A stretch of DNA of 64,000 nt from Minutocellus sp. GHC0000111 (lineage: Eukaryota): the NCBI GenBank assembly GCA_977018835.1, contig OZ361259.1, positions 992,001 through 1,056,000 of the forward strand. The letters run 5' to 3'. Position numbers and translations under genes: made by a program. Positions 1 through 9,623 of this stretch are shown in pieces. The stretch's first letter is position 1. Each line of letters opens with the position of its first letter. The notes below the pieces were generated by a model, which had not been told where the DNA came from, ran no database searches, and saw only the letters and a list, made by a program, of their open reading frames with translations.

Positions 1-118
1 GCTTTGAAGCAAAGCAGTTTGAGCATTTCTATTTCTCTGCTCAGAATTCCATCAGGTTGCTTTGCTCAAATCGGTTGAGCACAAAATCCGGTTGAAATTA
101 GCATGGTTTTGCAACGAA

Positions 119-200
119 GTGGTGGTGGTGGTGTCGTCCCGCTAAGTATAGCTTAAGTCTATCTAATAGAACCCTATTTGAAAATAGGTAGCCGCACTTG
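119..200 (-). mobile_element. Conserved element end ...TTAGCGGGACGAC(ACC)n with subterminal hairpin CCTATTT-GA-AAATAGG
   Basis: Homologues at 9742-9823, 37062-37144, 38671-38716, 5331-5407(+), 23844-23931(+), and core only at 48187-48203(+). Flanks beyond the ACC tail differ, except between the two duplicated copies. Confidence 0.75.
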
Positions 201-276
201 CATTAGCAAGAGCACACATCATAATTTCATATAAACATAAAAAGATTGTAAATCACATGGCATCAATAGGACCAAC

Positions 277-792
277 TCACAAGTCTCGATCTCTCCAAGC
301 ATCATCAGGATTGTTGGCTGGAACAAATCCTTCGAAAGTAGCTGCCAGATTAAGTCTGGCTGACCTGCTCCTCGTAGTTCTTCTCAGTATGGGTACTTGT
401 GTGTCTTCGTCGACGGATGCTATTACTGCAGCTACTGTAGCATTAGTAAGAGCATTTATCATCGGAGACATGGTGGCACGCTCAATGCTCTGAGTCGAAC
501 AGGGAGACAGTTCGTTGACAGCTACTTCAACATCTTCAGCAGTAAACGGGTCTGTGATGATGTTATTGTTGTCGGTGAGGAGGGAGCATTGGACATAGGT
601 AGGTCCATGACGAAAGTTGCAGCTATCACAAAAGGGCGGTTGGCTCAACGGTGATAGGCACGGTGGGCCAACACAATCTGCACATTGACAGTTGCCGCAA
701 ACTGTAGAGGGCCTAGAGCGCTGCCGCCGACTCTTTTCACGGAAAAATGAGGTGTGTGCAACAGATTGCACTAGATAACAAGGAATAGGCAT
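277..792 (-). CDS. Element-associated ORF with Cys/His cluster (CxxC..HGPxxxxC), function unknown
   Basis: Identical copy at 9900-10415. Diverged protein-level homologue at 23110-23754(+). Each lies just upstream of the (ACC)n terminus. Confidence 0.55.
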   Translation of the reverse strand: MPIPCYLVQSVAHTSFFREKSRRQRSRPSTVCGNCQCADCVGPPCLSPLSQPPFCDSCNFRHGPTYVQCSLLTDNNNIITDPFTAEDVEVAVNELSPCSTQSIERATMSPMINALTNATVAAVIASVDEDTQVPILRRTTRSRSARLNLAATFEGFVPANNPDDAWRDRDL

Positions 793-2364
793 ATGCTTAT
801 CATGAGTTTGTGCATTGTGATAGCTTGATGTGCATTGACTAGGTGGCGGAGCTCCCTGGTCCCTCTCATGCCTCCCACCCTTCGCCTGAGGACATCTCAG
901 GCAAAGGGAGATCTCTTTTTTTGTTCTTTTCTTTCTCCTTTTCCCTTTTCGTTATCAAATTACAGGCAGTCCGAGATTATCTTCCAAATGACAATAAAAA
1001 GAAACTGTCTTTCCGTTGCAAGAACGTCGGCGCTCCCAGCCTCACATTTTTGGGAGAAAGATGGCGGCAAGAGCGACGACCATAAGTAGACCGAAGGGAT
1101 GACCCGAGCGACAACAGCCCTCGACAAATCAAGAAGCGAGGGCATAAAAGTGGATTCTAGTTGTTGTGCAGGATTGCGGAGATCAATCGGAACGAAGGGG
1201 ATGCACGAATGAAAACTGCACAGCCGCAGAGCTGTTTGTGACAGGATGGTGCATGACAAACGAACAAATTCCTCGAAAGAGAAACCACAAAAAGAGCTGA
1301 CTTAGTTCCCATCGACCCAGGCCTGAATGCGACGGTGCACTTCTACGGCGACACCAATGTCAAACAAAGATGGCTCTGCCTCCGTCCTCTCCGACAAGAC
1401 TGCCTGCCACGTTGCTTCAATCGCTCCTGCCAAACGGCGCCTCTGGACCAAGGACATCATCGAGCCATGCCAGTTCGAGCTGCCAACTGGAAACGTGACC
1501 TTCGAACCAGAAGAAGAGTGGAAGCAACACGCTTCTCTCACCCGCCCGGCCTGCGCAGGATGACCGGTCCACCTCCCCCACACAACCGCAACCACGCAAC
1601 CCCATCCTGCTGTCATCACTCCTTGTAACCCAAAATCTCAGCAATTGCCTCAGTCTCAGACATTTTGCATCCTTTCACTTTGCCCTGTCGAGCCTCCTTC
1701 TTTTCCACTTGCTCCTTCGCTCGTTTGTTTCGAGAGATTTTCGCATTGATGATCTCCCCGTCCTGAACTCGAAAGACCCCCTGCGACGCAAATTCAACTT
1801 GAGCGGCAGTTTTCTCATCCATCTTCATCACGTGCTTTGCCACGTGCCTCGCAGTAGCACGTGGAAATCATTGGCCCTCTCAATTAAAAAAATACCAATG
1901 ACCCCCAAAAAAGTTTGCATGGCTGCACCATGTCAAACGAGCACATCACGTGTCGGCACAGATGCGTCGATTCTCGCTTGCCTCAAAATGAAACATGTCG
2001 CGCCAACAAAGAGCAAATGCAAGTGCAGCAAGCAATCTCTCACTTAGTGAGGCAATGTGTTTCGTCGAAAAGAGGGACCGCAGAAGCGGCCCTGTTGCGG
2101 CGCGAGAGCATGCTGCCCTGCGACGGTTTTGTGCCAGCTTCTGCGTGCATGAGCATGAAGCAGCACAACTCCCACACAACGTCGCGCAATTTTTGGGCCA
2201 AAACCACTCCAGACCTTAGGCAACTGCAAGACAAAGCAGCAAACAGGACAACACCAGAAATCTCGGCCGGGACCAACATTCGAGTGGCACAGCTTGCCAA
2301 TGTGACTCAATCGACTCTAGAATTTTAGCTAACCCAGGGCTAACCCCTAACCCCGAAGCCGCAA

Positions 2365-2870
2365 AAATCTACAACTACTAACCCCCCAAACCCAACCCAA
2401 ACCATCCAATGCTCATCCCATGCACCACAGCTAATATCCCTATCAATCTACTCTACATCCTACACCTCCTTCCCCGTCTATTCTTCCTCCAACCCTATCT
2501 TCATCCCAATTTTCAACTCAATCAAAAAATCACCCCACCAACACTACCAAACCATGTAAATCTACAACTACTAACTCCCTAACCCTAACCATCCAATGCT
2601 CATCCCATACACCACAGCTAATATCCCTATCAACCTACTCTACATCCTATTCCTCCTTCCCCGTCTATTCTTCCTCCAACCCTATCTTCACCTCCAAACT
2701 CCACCACTCAAAATGACGCCACCAACACTACCAAACCATGTAAATCTACAACTGCTAACCCCCCAAACCCAACCCAAACCATCCAATGCTCATCCCATAC
2801 ACCACAGCTAACATCCCTATCAATCTACTCTACATCCTACACCTCCTTCCCCGTCTATTCTTCCTCCAAC
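2365..2870. repeat. ~187-bp C/A/T-rich satellite (~2.7 units) preceded by CTAACCC telomere-like motifs
   Basis: Repeating AAATCTACAACTACTAAC...CATCCAATGCTCATCCCAT...TTCCTCCAAC with almost no G on the + strand. CTAACCC/CCCTAA motifs at 2329-2353. Confidence 0.93.
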
Positions 2871-2874
2871 ACTA

Positions 2875-3219
2875 GAGTTTCCTCGCTTCAATTCAGAAGA
2901 AGGCAGAACCGTTCTCTTCCTGAAGGGACAACAGCATCCAGATGGAAGCGGTGATACGTGTTCCTCCCTATCCATCGTTGGAGGAACCGGCTGCTTTCAA
3001 GGTGTTCCCAATAGTCAAGTAATCCTTCGCAGTGGTACCAAATTCCTCTTTGATGACCTGTACCAGCCCTCAGATGATTTGGCCACAAAATTTGTACTCA
3101 ACTTGTTTCCTCGTGAGATTCCCGAGCATGGTGACTGCATCGATGATGAAGATTCCGATTATGATTATTATGGTGGTGACTATTATGACTATTATGACTA
3201 CCATGATTATTATCTATAA
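2875..3219 (+). pseudogene. 3' gene fragment with dirigent/AOC-like IVGGTGxF motif and Asp/Tyr-rich tail
   Basis: Manual translation (no ATG, absent from the ORF track): EFPRFNSEEG...SIVGGTGCFQG...DEDSDYDYYGGDYYDYYDYHDYYL*. Duplicate at 13371-13715. Confidence 0.5.
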
Positions 3220-4022
3220 GAGAGCAATCTTCTTAGTTACTGTTCCTCACTCTTTGTGAAAGTTGATTGCCATGATCACCCAATTAAAAATTGAGACATC
3301 TTGCATTGCCTACATCCTTATGCTAAAACTAGAACGACCGGAGATCATGCAACCCCAGAGCGAAGCTCCAAATGCAGGTGTTCGAGCCTTCTATGTCGTC
3401 CCTGCTCATGAAGGACCGTTAAGGCTGTTTTTGCATCCACCGATCCTCTTCCCCCGGCGCCCTGGCAGTGTTAAGTTTGAGCTAGTTCAAAAGCCCTGTG
3501 TTGACCGATATTTTTGTAGTTAGCCGGTTGGCCTCGCGCCGAGAGACTTGAGTCCTTAACTGTCCACCAATCAGTGACATCCCAGCTTCAAGGAAATGTG
3601 ACTCCAGTCGCATAGATGGAGACACCACTCACAAAAGTAACCACATGCATGTCCACTTCACCACACATGTGTTCACCTTCGTGTTTGGGCGTCCAGCCTG
3701 TAATCAACATCTCCCACAGGTTCATCCTACCTAGCCGGGTGGCTTTCCTTTCCGGTTCCGAGGTGGCTTCGTGGCCTCCCAGAGGCGGTGCACCATGCAC
3801 TACATGGCAGGTCTTCCACTGTAGCCTACTGATCCCCTCTGCGACGCACTAAGCAAAGGGACAAGTGCAAGCTGACGAGGGTCAATGGAATAGCAACCCA
3901 CCTTCCTACCTCCCCGTTGCGTTCAATAGCCAGCCGATGTGTCCTTGCTTCAACAGGTTTGCTAGGAGGCGGCTAAAGCTTGTCAGGCTAAATCAACAGA
4001 GACGATGGATGTGTCCAAAAAA

Positions 4023-4243
4023 AGGACTGCAACCCCGCCATTTTGGTCGGGAAAAAGCTCGGAAGGTTAGCTTCGCAGGAACCTCCTCGTAGTTGGGGCA
4101 GAGCCATAACCTGCGTGTCCGCAGAGGAATTTCAACCTCACGTCGTCGAGGAGTTTCAACCTCGTGTCTCAAAAAAAGAAAAAAAGGACTCGGGGCGCCA
4201 TTTTGGCTGGCCATTTTGGCCGATGCAGGCAGGACCGGGTCGG
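4023..4243. repeat. Dispersed GC-rich repeat
   Basis: High identity to ~58648-58866 (GGACTGCAACCCCGCCATTTTGGTCGG...GCAGGACCGGGTCGG). TpA-poor. Confidence 0.9.
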
Positions 4244-4760
4244 TGTTGAAAGCTTGATGCCGTGATGATCGATGTGCAGTGATGAAATCTTGCTCTCCTC
4301 TTTGGTGGGTGGGTGGAATTCCACACCACGAGCGGAACATTGAGCAGAACGTTGCGGTGATTCGCTTGTCCACTTCCTTGCGCCACAAGCTCGCTGTGAT
4401 GCACCACAATGGAAAAGTTGACTCTGCTTTTCCATTGCAGTTTGAGAATGCAGGAGCATCTCTTGCACACGCAAATACGCAGCGTGCACCACAAATGAGG
4501 TTTGGTTAGACTTTCATTCGGTCATTGGATTGGGCATGGAAACTTCCGGACGAGTTGTTAGTTCGCCGAAAGTGGAGTTCGGTTCAGAAATTAATTTTGC
4601 TAGAGAAAGCTAGTGGCAAATGTTCTGACGCACCCCCTTTCAAGTGTTCGAAAGTGAGGTCACCAACATTTCTGTCTCACTCCTTCAAACATGATTTTTA
4701 GTACATTTTTGAGCGCTTCTCGGCGTGTTCTTTCAATTTTTCTGCAGCACCTAACCCCAA

Positions 4761-5075
4761 GTGTCAAACAGATCGATCCATGTTTTACCAAAGAAACCCC
4801 GTTCAATTTCTGTCATTTCCACTAAAAGAATTGCTCGAATTAGCTCATTGCGGGCTCAGGACAAGACAAAACCCGGCACTATCAGTAGTAATGAAATGGA
4901 CACACATGCTGATACTTGCGTTGCCGGTAAAAATTGGGCTGTTGTCTGAGAATCAGTTGCAGCTAAGATTGTGGTGGTTGGAAAGGAAGACAGTCAGACG
5001 AATCTAGCTGATTTGCTTGCCAAGGTTTTGACAGCTGAAAGGAGAAATTATTTGTGTGGTTTCATTTTTCGTTAA
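4761..5075 (+). mobile_element. Internally deleted Ty1/Copia (CoDi-like): protease motif joined to RNase H C-terminus
   Basis: EMDTHADTCVAGKN, then one stop, then in the same frame ESVAAKIVVVGKEDSQTNLADLLAK. Confidence 0.8.
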
Positions 5076-5407
5076 ATATTTTACATGTGGATGTCCCGAC
5101 AAGCAGCTGTCAGTTTTCTGGTTGCGTGACACTGGTTTTAACCAGGCTCTGTACAAAGTCACTCCTAGTTCATCTAGGTCCGTGCAGGACACACTGTTGG
5201 ATGAGTCGAATCAATCCATGTTGTTGATGGAATCAATTCGCGGGGACCGAGTAAATCCTGTCGACGTATTCCCATCAGTAAGAACGAACATCAATAACAT
5301 AAACAGAATCCGCAATTGTGAACATTGTATTTGGTTCTAACTTTTCATTATGATAGATAGATTTAAGCTGACTACATTTAGCAGGACGACACCACCACCA
5401 CCACCAC

Positions 5408-5656
5408 TGTCGACGTATGTGTGTACGTAGCAGACCGTAGTACGTAGTCCGAAGAGTAGTGAGTTATAATTTGATGTTTCAAGTCTTTCCAACTGGTTTA
5501 GTCCGTATCGAGTTACGAAGGTCAATTCCACTATCGTCGGAATTGACTCGCACAGAGTGGACAAGAAACTGGAATGCCGTCTCCAAGAATTGGCCAGTGG
5601 TTGGAAGCTAGATGGCACGGGCCTGGGCAGAAACGACATGGGATAACGGGATAACA
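5408..5656 (-). mobile_element. Probable LTR or solo LTR
   Basis: TGT...ACA ends. Shares a ~110-bp core with the LTR at 45107-45426 in opposite orientation. No TSD seen. Confidence 0.55.
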
Positions 5657-6021
5657 AAAAGTAGGAGATAGAAGGATGCCGTGAAAATTAATCGGTGAAC
5701 CACGATGAAGTCAGAACACTGTTGAGTGAGTGAAATTGAGCACGAACACGACAGAAAAAAGTGCTAGGTTCCCCTTTTGATCGACATACCCGTCGAGTTC
5801 ACTTGTGGTTAGCTGGGCGAGCACTTGTTGCTCCTTCCTGCAGACAATTATCCGTAGGACCTCGGAAACGGCCCGGCGGCACCCGAATGCTCGATAGAAT
5901 GCCAAAAGGATAGAATGCTATAAGGACAAAGTGTTGCAAGTATTCCATTACCTTGCCAATTACGCTCAATCGTAACATCTTTTTTAGGTGACTATCGAGC
6001 TATGGAAAAATGCTGTGTCCT

Positions 6022-6303
6022 AATATTCCCCTCAAGTCCCTTTATCCATCTTGGAGGTGATGAGATGAAGTTGAAAAATGCTGTGTCCTAATTTTTGCTT
6101 GGTTTTGAAGCACGAGGTGGCCAATCAGCTGCATGCTCAGCAGCCTGGCCTCATAACCCCAATATTCCCCTCAAGTCCCTTTATCCATCTTGGAGGTGAT
6201 GAGATGAAGTTGAAAAATGCTGTGTCCTAATTTTCGCTTGGTATTGAAGCACGAGGTGGCCAATCAGCTGCATGCTCAGCAGCCTGGCCTCATAACCCCA
6301 ATG
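6022..6303. repeat. 139-bp tandem duplication containing a ~50-bp GH20 active-site snippet
   Basis: Units start at 6022 and 6161. CAAGTCCCTTTATCCATCTTGGAGGTGATGAGATGAAGTTGA matches 54453-54493 except for one T. Confidence 0.9.
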
Positions 6304-7268
6304 TGGTTTCAAGTCGCCAACAATTCGATTCAAACCATGAGAGCGTGAAGACACTGCTGCACCAAAGTTGGCGAGTCCCATGTGTTGCGGAGCAGTTGAA
6401 GCAAACCATCTTTCTGCTGTCTGGATCAAACTCAGTGTTTTCTGTCGCATGTCCAGATTGGACTGTTCGTGTGCGGTAAGGCCATGTGTCTTCCACACAA
6501 TGAAAAGAGTGACGGGTTTGAAATCTCATTCAATGCATGCAAGAGTTCAATCAAATACTTTTCTGGGGTCTCCGACGTGTCTGATGAACGACAGTCTCTG
6601 GGCCTCACAACTTCCCATATCCTCCAAGATAAAATCAAAACGCTGTACTCTTCTTCTAACGTGCGGGTCAAATTGAAAAGCAGAGGAGAAATCCCCCTCA
6701 AACAGGGCAGGTCATTGAAGAGGTCGAACTTTCCCCTAACGTTTGGTGAAGCGGTGCAATTGGATCCAAAGACTTGACCGGAATCAACTAAAATATCACA
6801 CCAATTTCGCAACGGACAGTACCTCTCATGGCATGGTGTTCGACTTCCCTTGCCTTTATTAATGTGTTGTTCAAGCTGAATAACATCAACATTAATACTG
6901 TTACTGGATAGTATTGCATACATGGTGTGGTAATCTTGTCAAGCAGTTGAGTCTCCCCACCAAACTGTATTTTCTTTCAAAAAAATAGGTTGCAACCTTT
7001 CTAGTGACAATTGTTCAATGCCGGAAGGAGGAAACCAGAAATTCCAATCCAGGTGTACTTCCATGAAGTCGTAGTCGTGGGAAGCGGTTTCCTCCTTTGA
7101 TTTGTTTCGACACTCAGCATGAAATACTTTTCTCTTGCGTGTGACATGGCATGAAAACAACGAAAAAATATGATTGACCAGAACACAGCCCGATGTCCAA
7201 AAAAGGGGTTTGTGAGGTAACTCATTCTTCAGCAAATGCGAATGGGTGGTTGAGAGCAAAGATTCCAT
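6290..7268 (-). pseudogene. Multiply frameshifted remnant, possibly SGNH/acyl-esterase-like membrane protein
   Basis: Chained minus-strand ORFs with a hydrophobic N-terminal segment and a VWWGDST motif. Confidence 0.3.
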
Positions 7269-7339
7269 TAGATCAGATGAAGTTAGTCTTCCTCAATAGT
7301 TCTGGATGAGCACACACAAGATCTACCGGAAGAGGTACA

Positions 7340-7437
7340 GATCCTGAGTTGCGATTCAAATTCGACTACAACGGAAACAACATTGCACGAAGCTGTGAAT
7401 TTGTAGGTCGCATCGAAAACAAGGTAAGCGGTCGATC
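7340..7437 (+). pseudogene. ~100-bp fragment of Cys-rich extracellular domain
   Basis: RFKFDYNGNNIARSCEFVGRIENKVSGR is a paralogue of 15330-15427. Confidence 0.75.
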
Positions 7438-8048
7438 CCGGCACAAAAAAGAGAAAATGATGCGGTCATGTTGCAACATCAAGAACACCGGTTTCCGCTG
7501 CGTCAACGCTCAACCAACCGATGAAATACCTCCTTATGTATCCAGAGCGAGATGGCAATGCACCAGGGATGATGATGGTCATCGCATTGAATGAATAGTG
7601 GGACATCGTCTTCTTTGTGTGCAAAACATTGGTGAAATTAAGAACCTCTTTCATCTTTGATGCAACACAGTGTCAAGAAGGACTATATGTGAGATAAACC
7701 CCATTTAGTATTATGATATAACGGTGTGACATGCTGCTCTTGGTGGCCTGAATTTTGTAAACTATTGCAAGAAGTTTGCCATCATCGGGAACCACATGGA
7801 GTTTGGAGGTCATCCAAGTGTGGAAATCCTCCGCAATGCTGTCTGCTTTGTAGTCAATAGGTGGTCTGATAGCTTAAATCATTTGATTTGGTCTAACTAT
7901 AAAATCTGCCCTTCAAAACGATGTGCTTGGACAGGCCGGAAAATTTGCATGAATTTCTTCTGAATGACGCCCACAAAGAAATAAGCTACGTATTTGCGGA
8001 ATGTCTCCATCCACTCTATGACCCCTGGGGACGGCCGATATCTCAGCT

Positions 8049-8140
8049 CCGGCTGTTGTACTGTCTGGCGTTAGGGTTAGGGTTAGGTAGGGCCCGGCTG
8101 TTGTACTGTCTGGCGTTAGGGTTAGGGTTAGGTAGGGCCC
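8049..8140 (+). repeat. 45-bp tandem duplication, each unit with (TTAGGG)2TTAGG interstitial telomeric repeat
   Basis: Read directly from the sequence. Confidence 0.92.
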
Positions 8141-8305
8141 AGAACCGGTTTCGGCCCCAATTTTGGCCTCCTGAAAATAGCTGCTCAGGAATGGCTGACG
8201 AAAAGTAGATCGTAGACAAATTCATGTAAGCTATCTATCCAACCTCAAAACCTTCTCTTTAGATGTTGGCGATTCCGTACAAGTAGAACCGGTCGTATAT
8301 GTATC

Positions 8306-9592
8306 ATGGCATTTTTAAAGGGAAAAATCAAGTATGTGTTCATCCTCACTGCGAACGTTGTTTGCTTTTTCATCATTCGGAATTCCTTCTTTATTCTTTC
8401 CCAATCGAGTATTGATGATCTGTACACAAGCGTCACGAGGAACAATGAGAAGGAATCGGGACGTTCTTGTACTAGTATGTCATACAAGACAAATGAAACA
8501 GCTAAGCCCTTCTCTTCGTCAAAAGAGGAATCAAAACTGCTGCTGGCAGATCCAGAATACTACAACACCGTCGAGCATCGTGGTGGTTGGAAATCTGTAA
8601 TATCGTTCCTAAAGTCTTCGAAGGTCATTGCGGTAGAAGCCAAGGAAGTTTTTAACGAAACAAGTATTTTGCTGGTTGATGTCATTGAAAGATGGTTTAT
8701 ATGGAAAAAGAAAGGAACAATAACTCATCCCTGGATTGGAATTTGTCATTTCCCTTTGGACATACCAGAAGACTTAGAGAAAAAGCTACCAGATTGGCTT
8801 AAACTCGATCACCTCAGATTCACAATTGAAGATCCGTCCTTCCTTTCAAGCCTTCCATACTGTGTCGGAATAGTAGTCCTGTCTGATGACCTGGCTGACG
8901 GCAGGCTTCAGAAAATAATCCATCAGAAAGGATATACAAACCATATCAACATTTGTTCCTTGTACCATCCCATTGGAGTGGAGCAAACGGCTCGCTTGTA
9001 CAATTCCAGCACGGACACAGAACATCAAATTTCGAGCTCCGGCAAGATCGTCTTCCTTGGACAACAACTCCGCCGCCTTTCAACTAGTCATCGTCTCAAG
9101 ACAACAAGGGAAAAAATTTGGCTTCCTGGCACACAGAGTGAAGGAAATCTAAAGAGGCTCAACAGTGTTCTTGAAATTGAATTAACGTTAGGGCCGTGGG
9201 CACATGACGAATCTGTCAAGGTTGCTTACACCAATTCCTTTGAAGAGTATGACAGTCTTGTGAAGACCAACATTGTAGTTATTGATTTATGGGCCGCTAC
9301 AGCAAACAATGCAGTGCTAGAAGCAATTGCACTAAATGCCCCATTCTTTGTTAGAAAGCTGCCAAGTACTATTCAATACATCGGAGAGAATTATCCTTTA
9401 CTCTTTTCGAGTTTTGAAGAGTTACAACAAATGATCAAAAATGAACATCAGTTGAAGAGTCTCCTTCTTTCTGGGCATATTTACTTGAAACACATGGATA
9501 AATCAAAGCTTTCTTTGGAATATTTTGGGAGCACACTGAAGCAATGTGCGGCAAATGGCATCAACGAGAGACAGGTGAAATTGCACCATTGA
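8306..9592 (+). CDS. Intact type-II membrane protein with GT-B/GT4-like glycosyltransferase C-terminus
   Basis: 428-aa single ORF with an N-terminal TM. Motifs EHRGGW, WIGICHFP, GQQLR, NIVVIDLWAATANNAVLEAIALNAP and YIGENYPLLF. Confidence 0.7.
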   Translation: MAFLKGKIKYVFILTANVVCFFIIRNSFFILSQSSIDDLYTSVTRNNEKESGRSCTSMSYKTNETAKPFSSSKEESKLLLADPEYYNTVEHRGGWKSVISFLKSSKVIAVEAKEVFNETSILLVDVIERWFIWKKKGTITHPWIGICHFPLDIPEDLEKKLPDWLKLDHLRFTIEDPSFLSSLPYCVGIVVLSDDLADGRLQKIIHQKGYTNHINICSLYHPIGVEQTARLYNSSTDTEHQISSSGKIVFLGQQLRRLSTSHRLKTTREKIWLPGTQSEGNLKRLNSVLEIELTLGPWAHDESVKVAYTNSFEEYDSLVKTNIVVIDLWAATANNAVLEAIALNAPFFVRKLPSTIQYIGENYPLLFSSFEELQQMIKNEHQLKSLLLSGHIYLKHMDKSKLSLEYFGSTLKQCAANGINERQVKLHH

Positions 9593-9623
9593 TGCCTACC
9601 TGAGCAAATGGCTTTAATGTTGG

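Larger units (their letters stand above)
1..3801. repeat. Direct segmental duplication, copy A (probably starts before the window)
   Basis: Near-identical to 9624-14297 with offsets of 9623, then 10309, then 10496. Substitutions seen at ~894 (AT/GG) and ~2999 (A/G). Confidence 0.97.

Noticed and set aside
800..2330. Many overlapping 60-190 aa ORFs in all frames (also 31000-34000, 50400-52700, 58000-59350)
   Set aside because: No motifs. Best explained by loss of TAA/TAG in TA-depleted repeat DNA, not by real genes.
2365..2870. CRISPR-like array, or coding repeat (ORFs 2596, 12905, 13095)
   Set aside because: Whole units repeat with no unique spacers and no cas genes. The ORFs are a by-product of composition.
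119..5407. Single TIR element bounded by inverted (ACC)n termini (likewise 9742-23931)
   Set aside because: Both ends are the same end type, belong to diverged subfamilies and have no TSD. More likely independent insertions.
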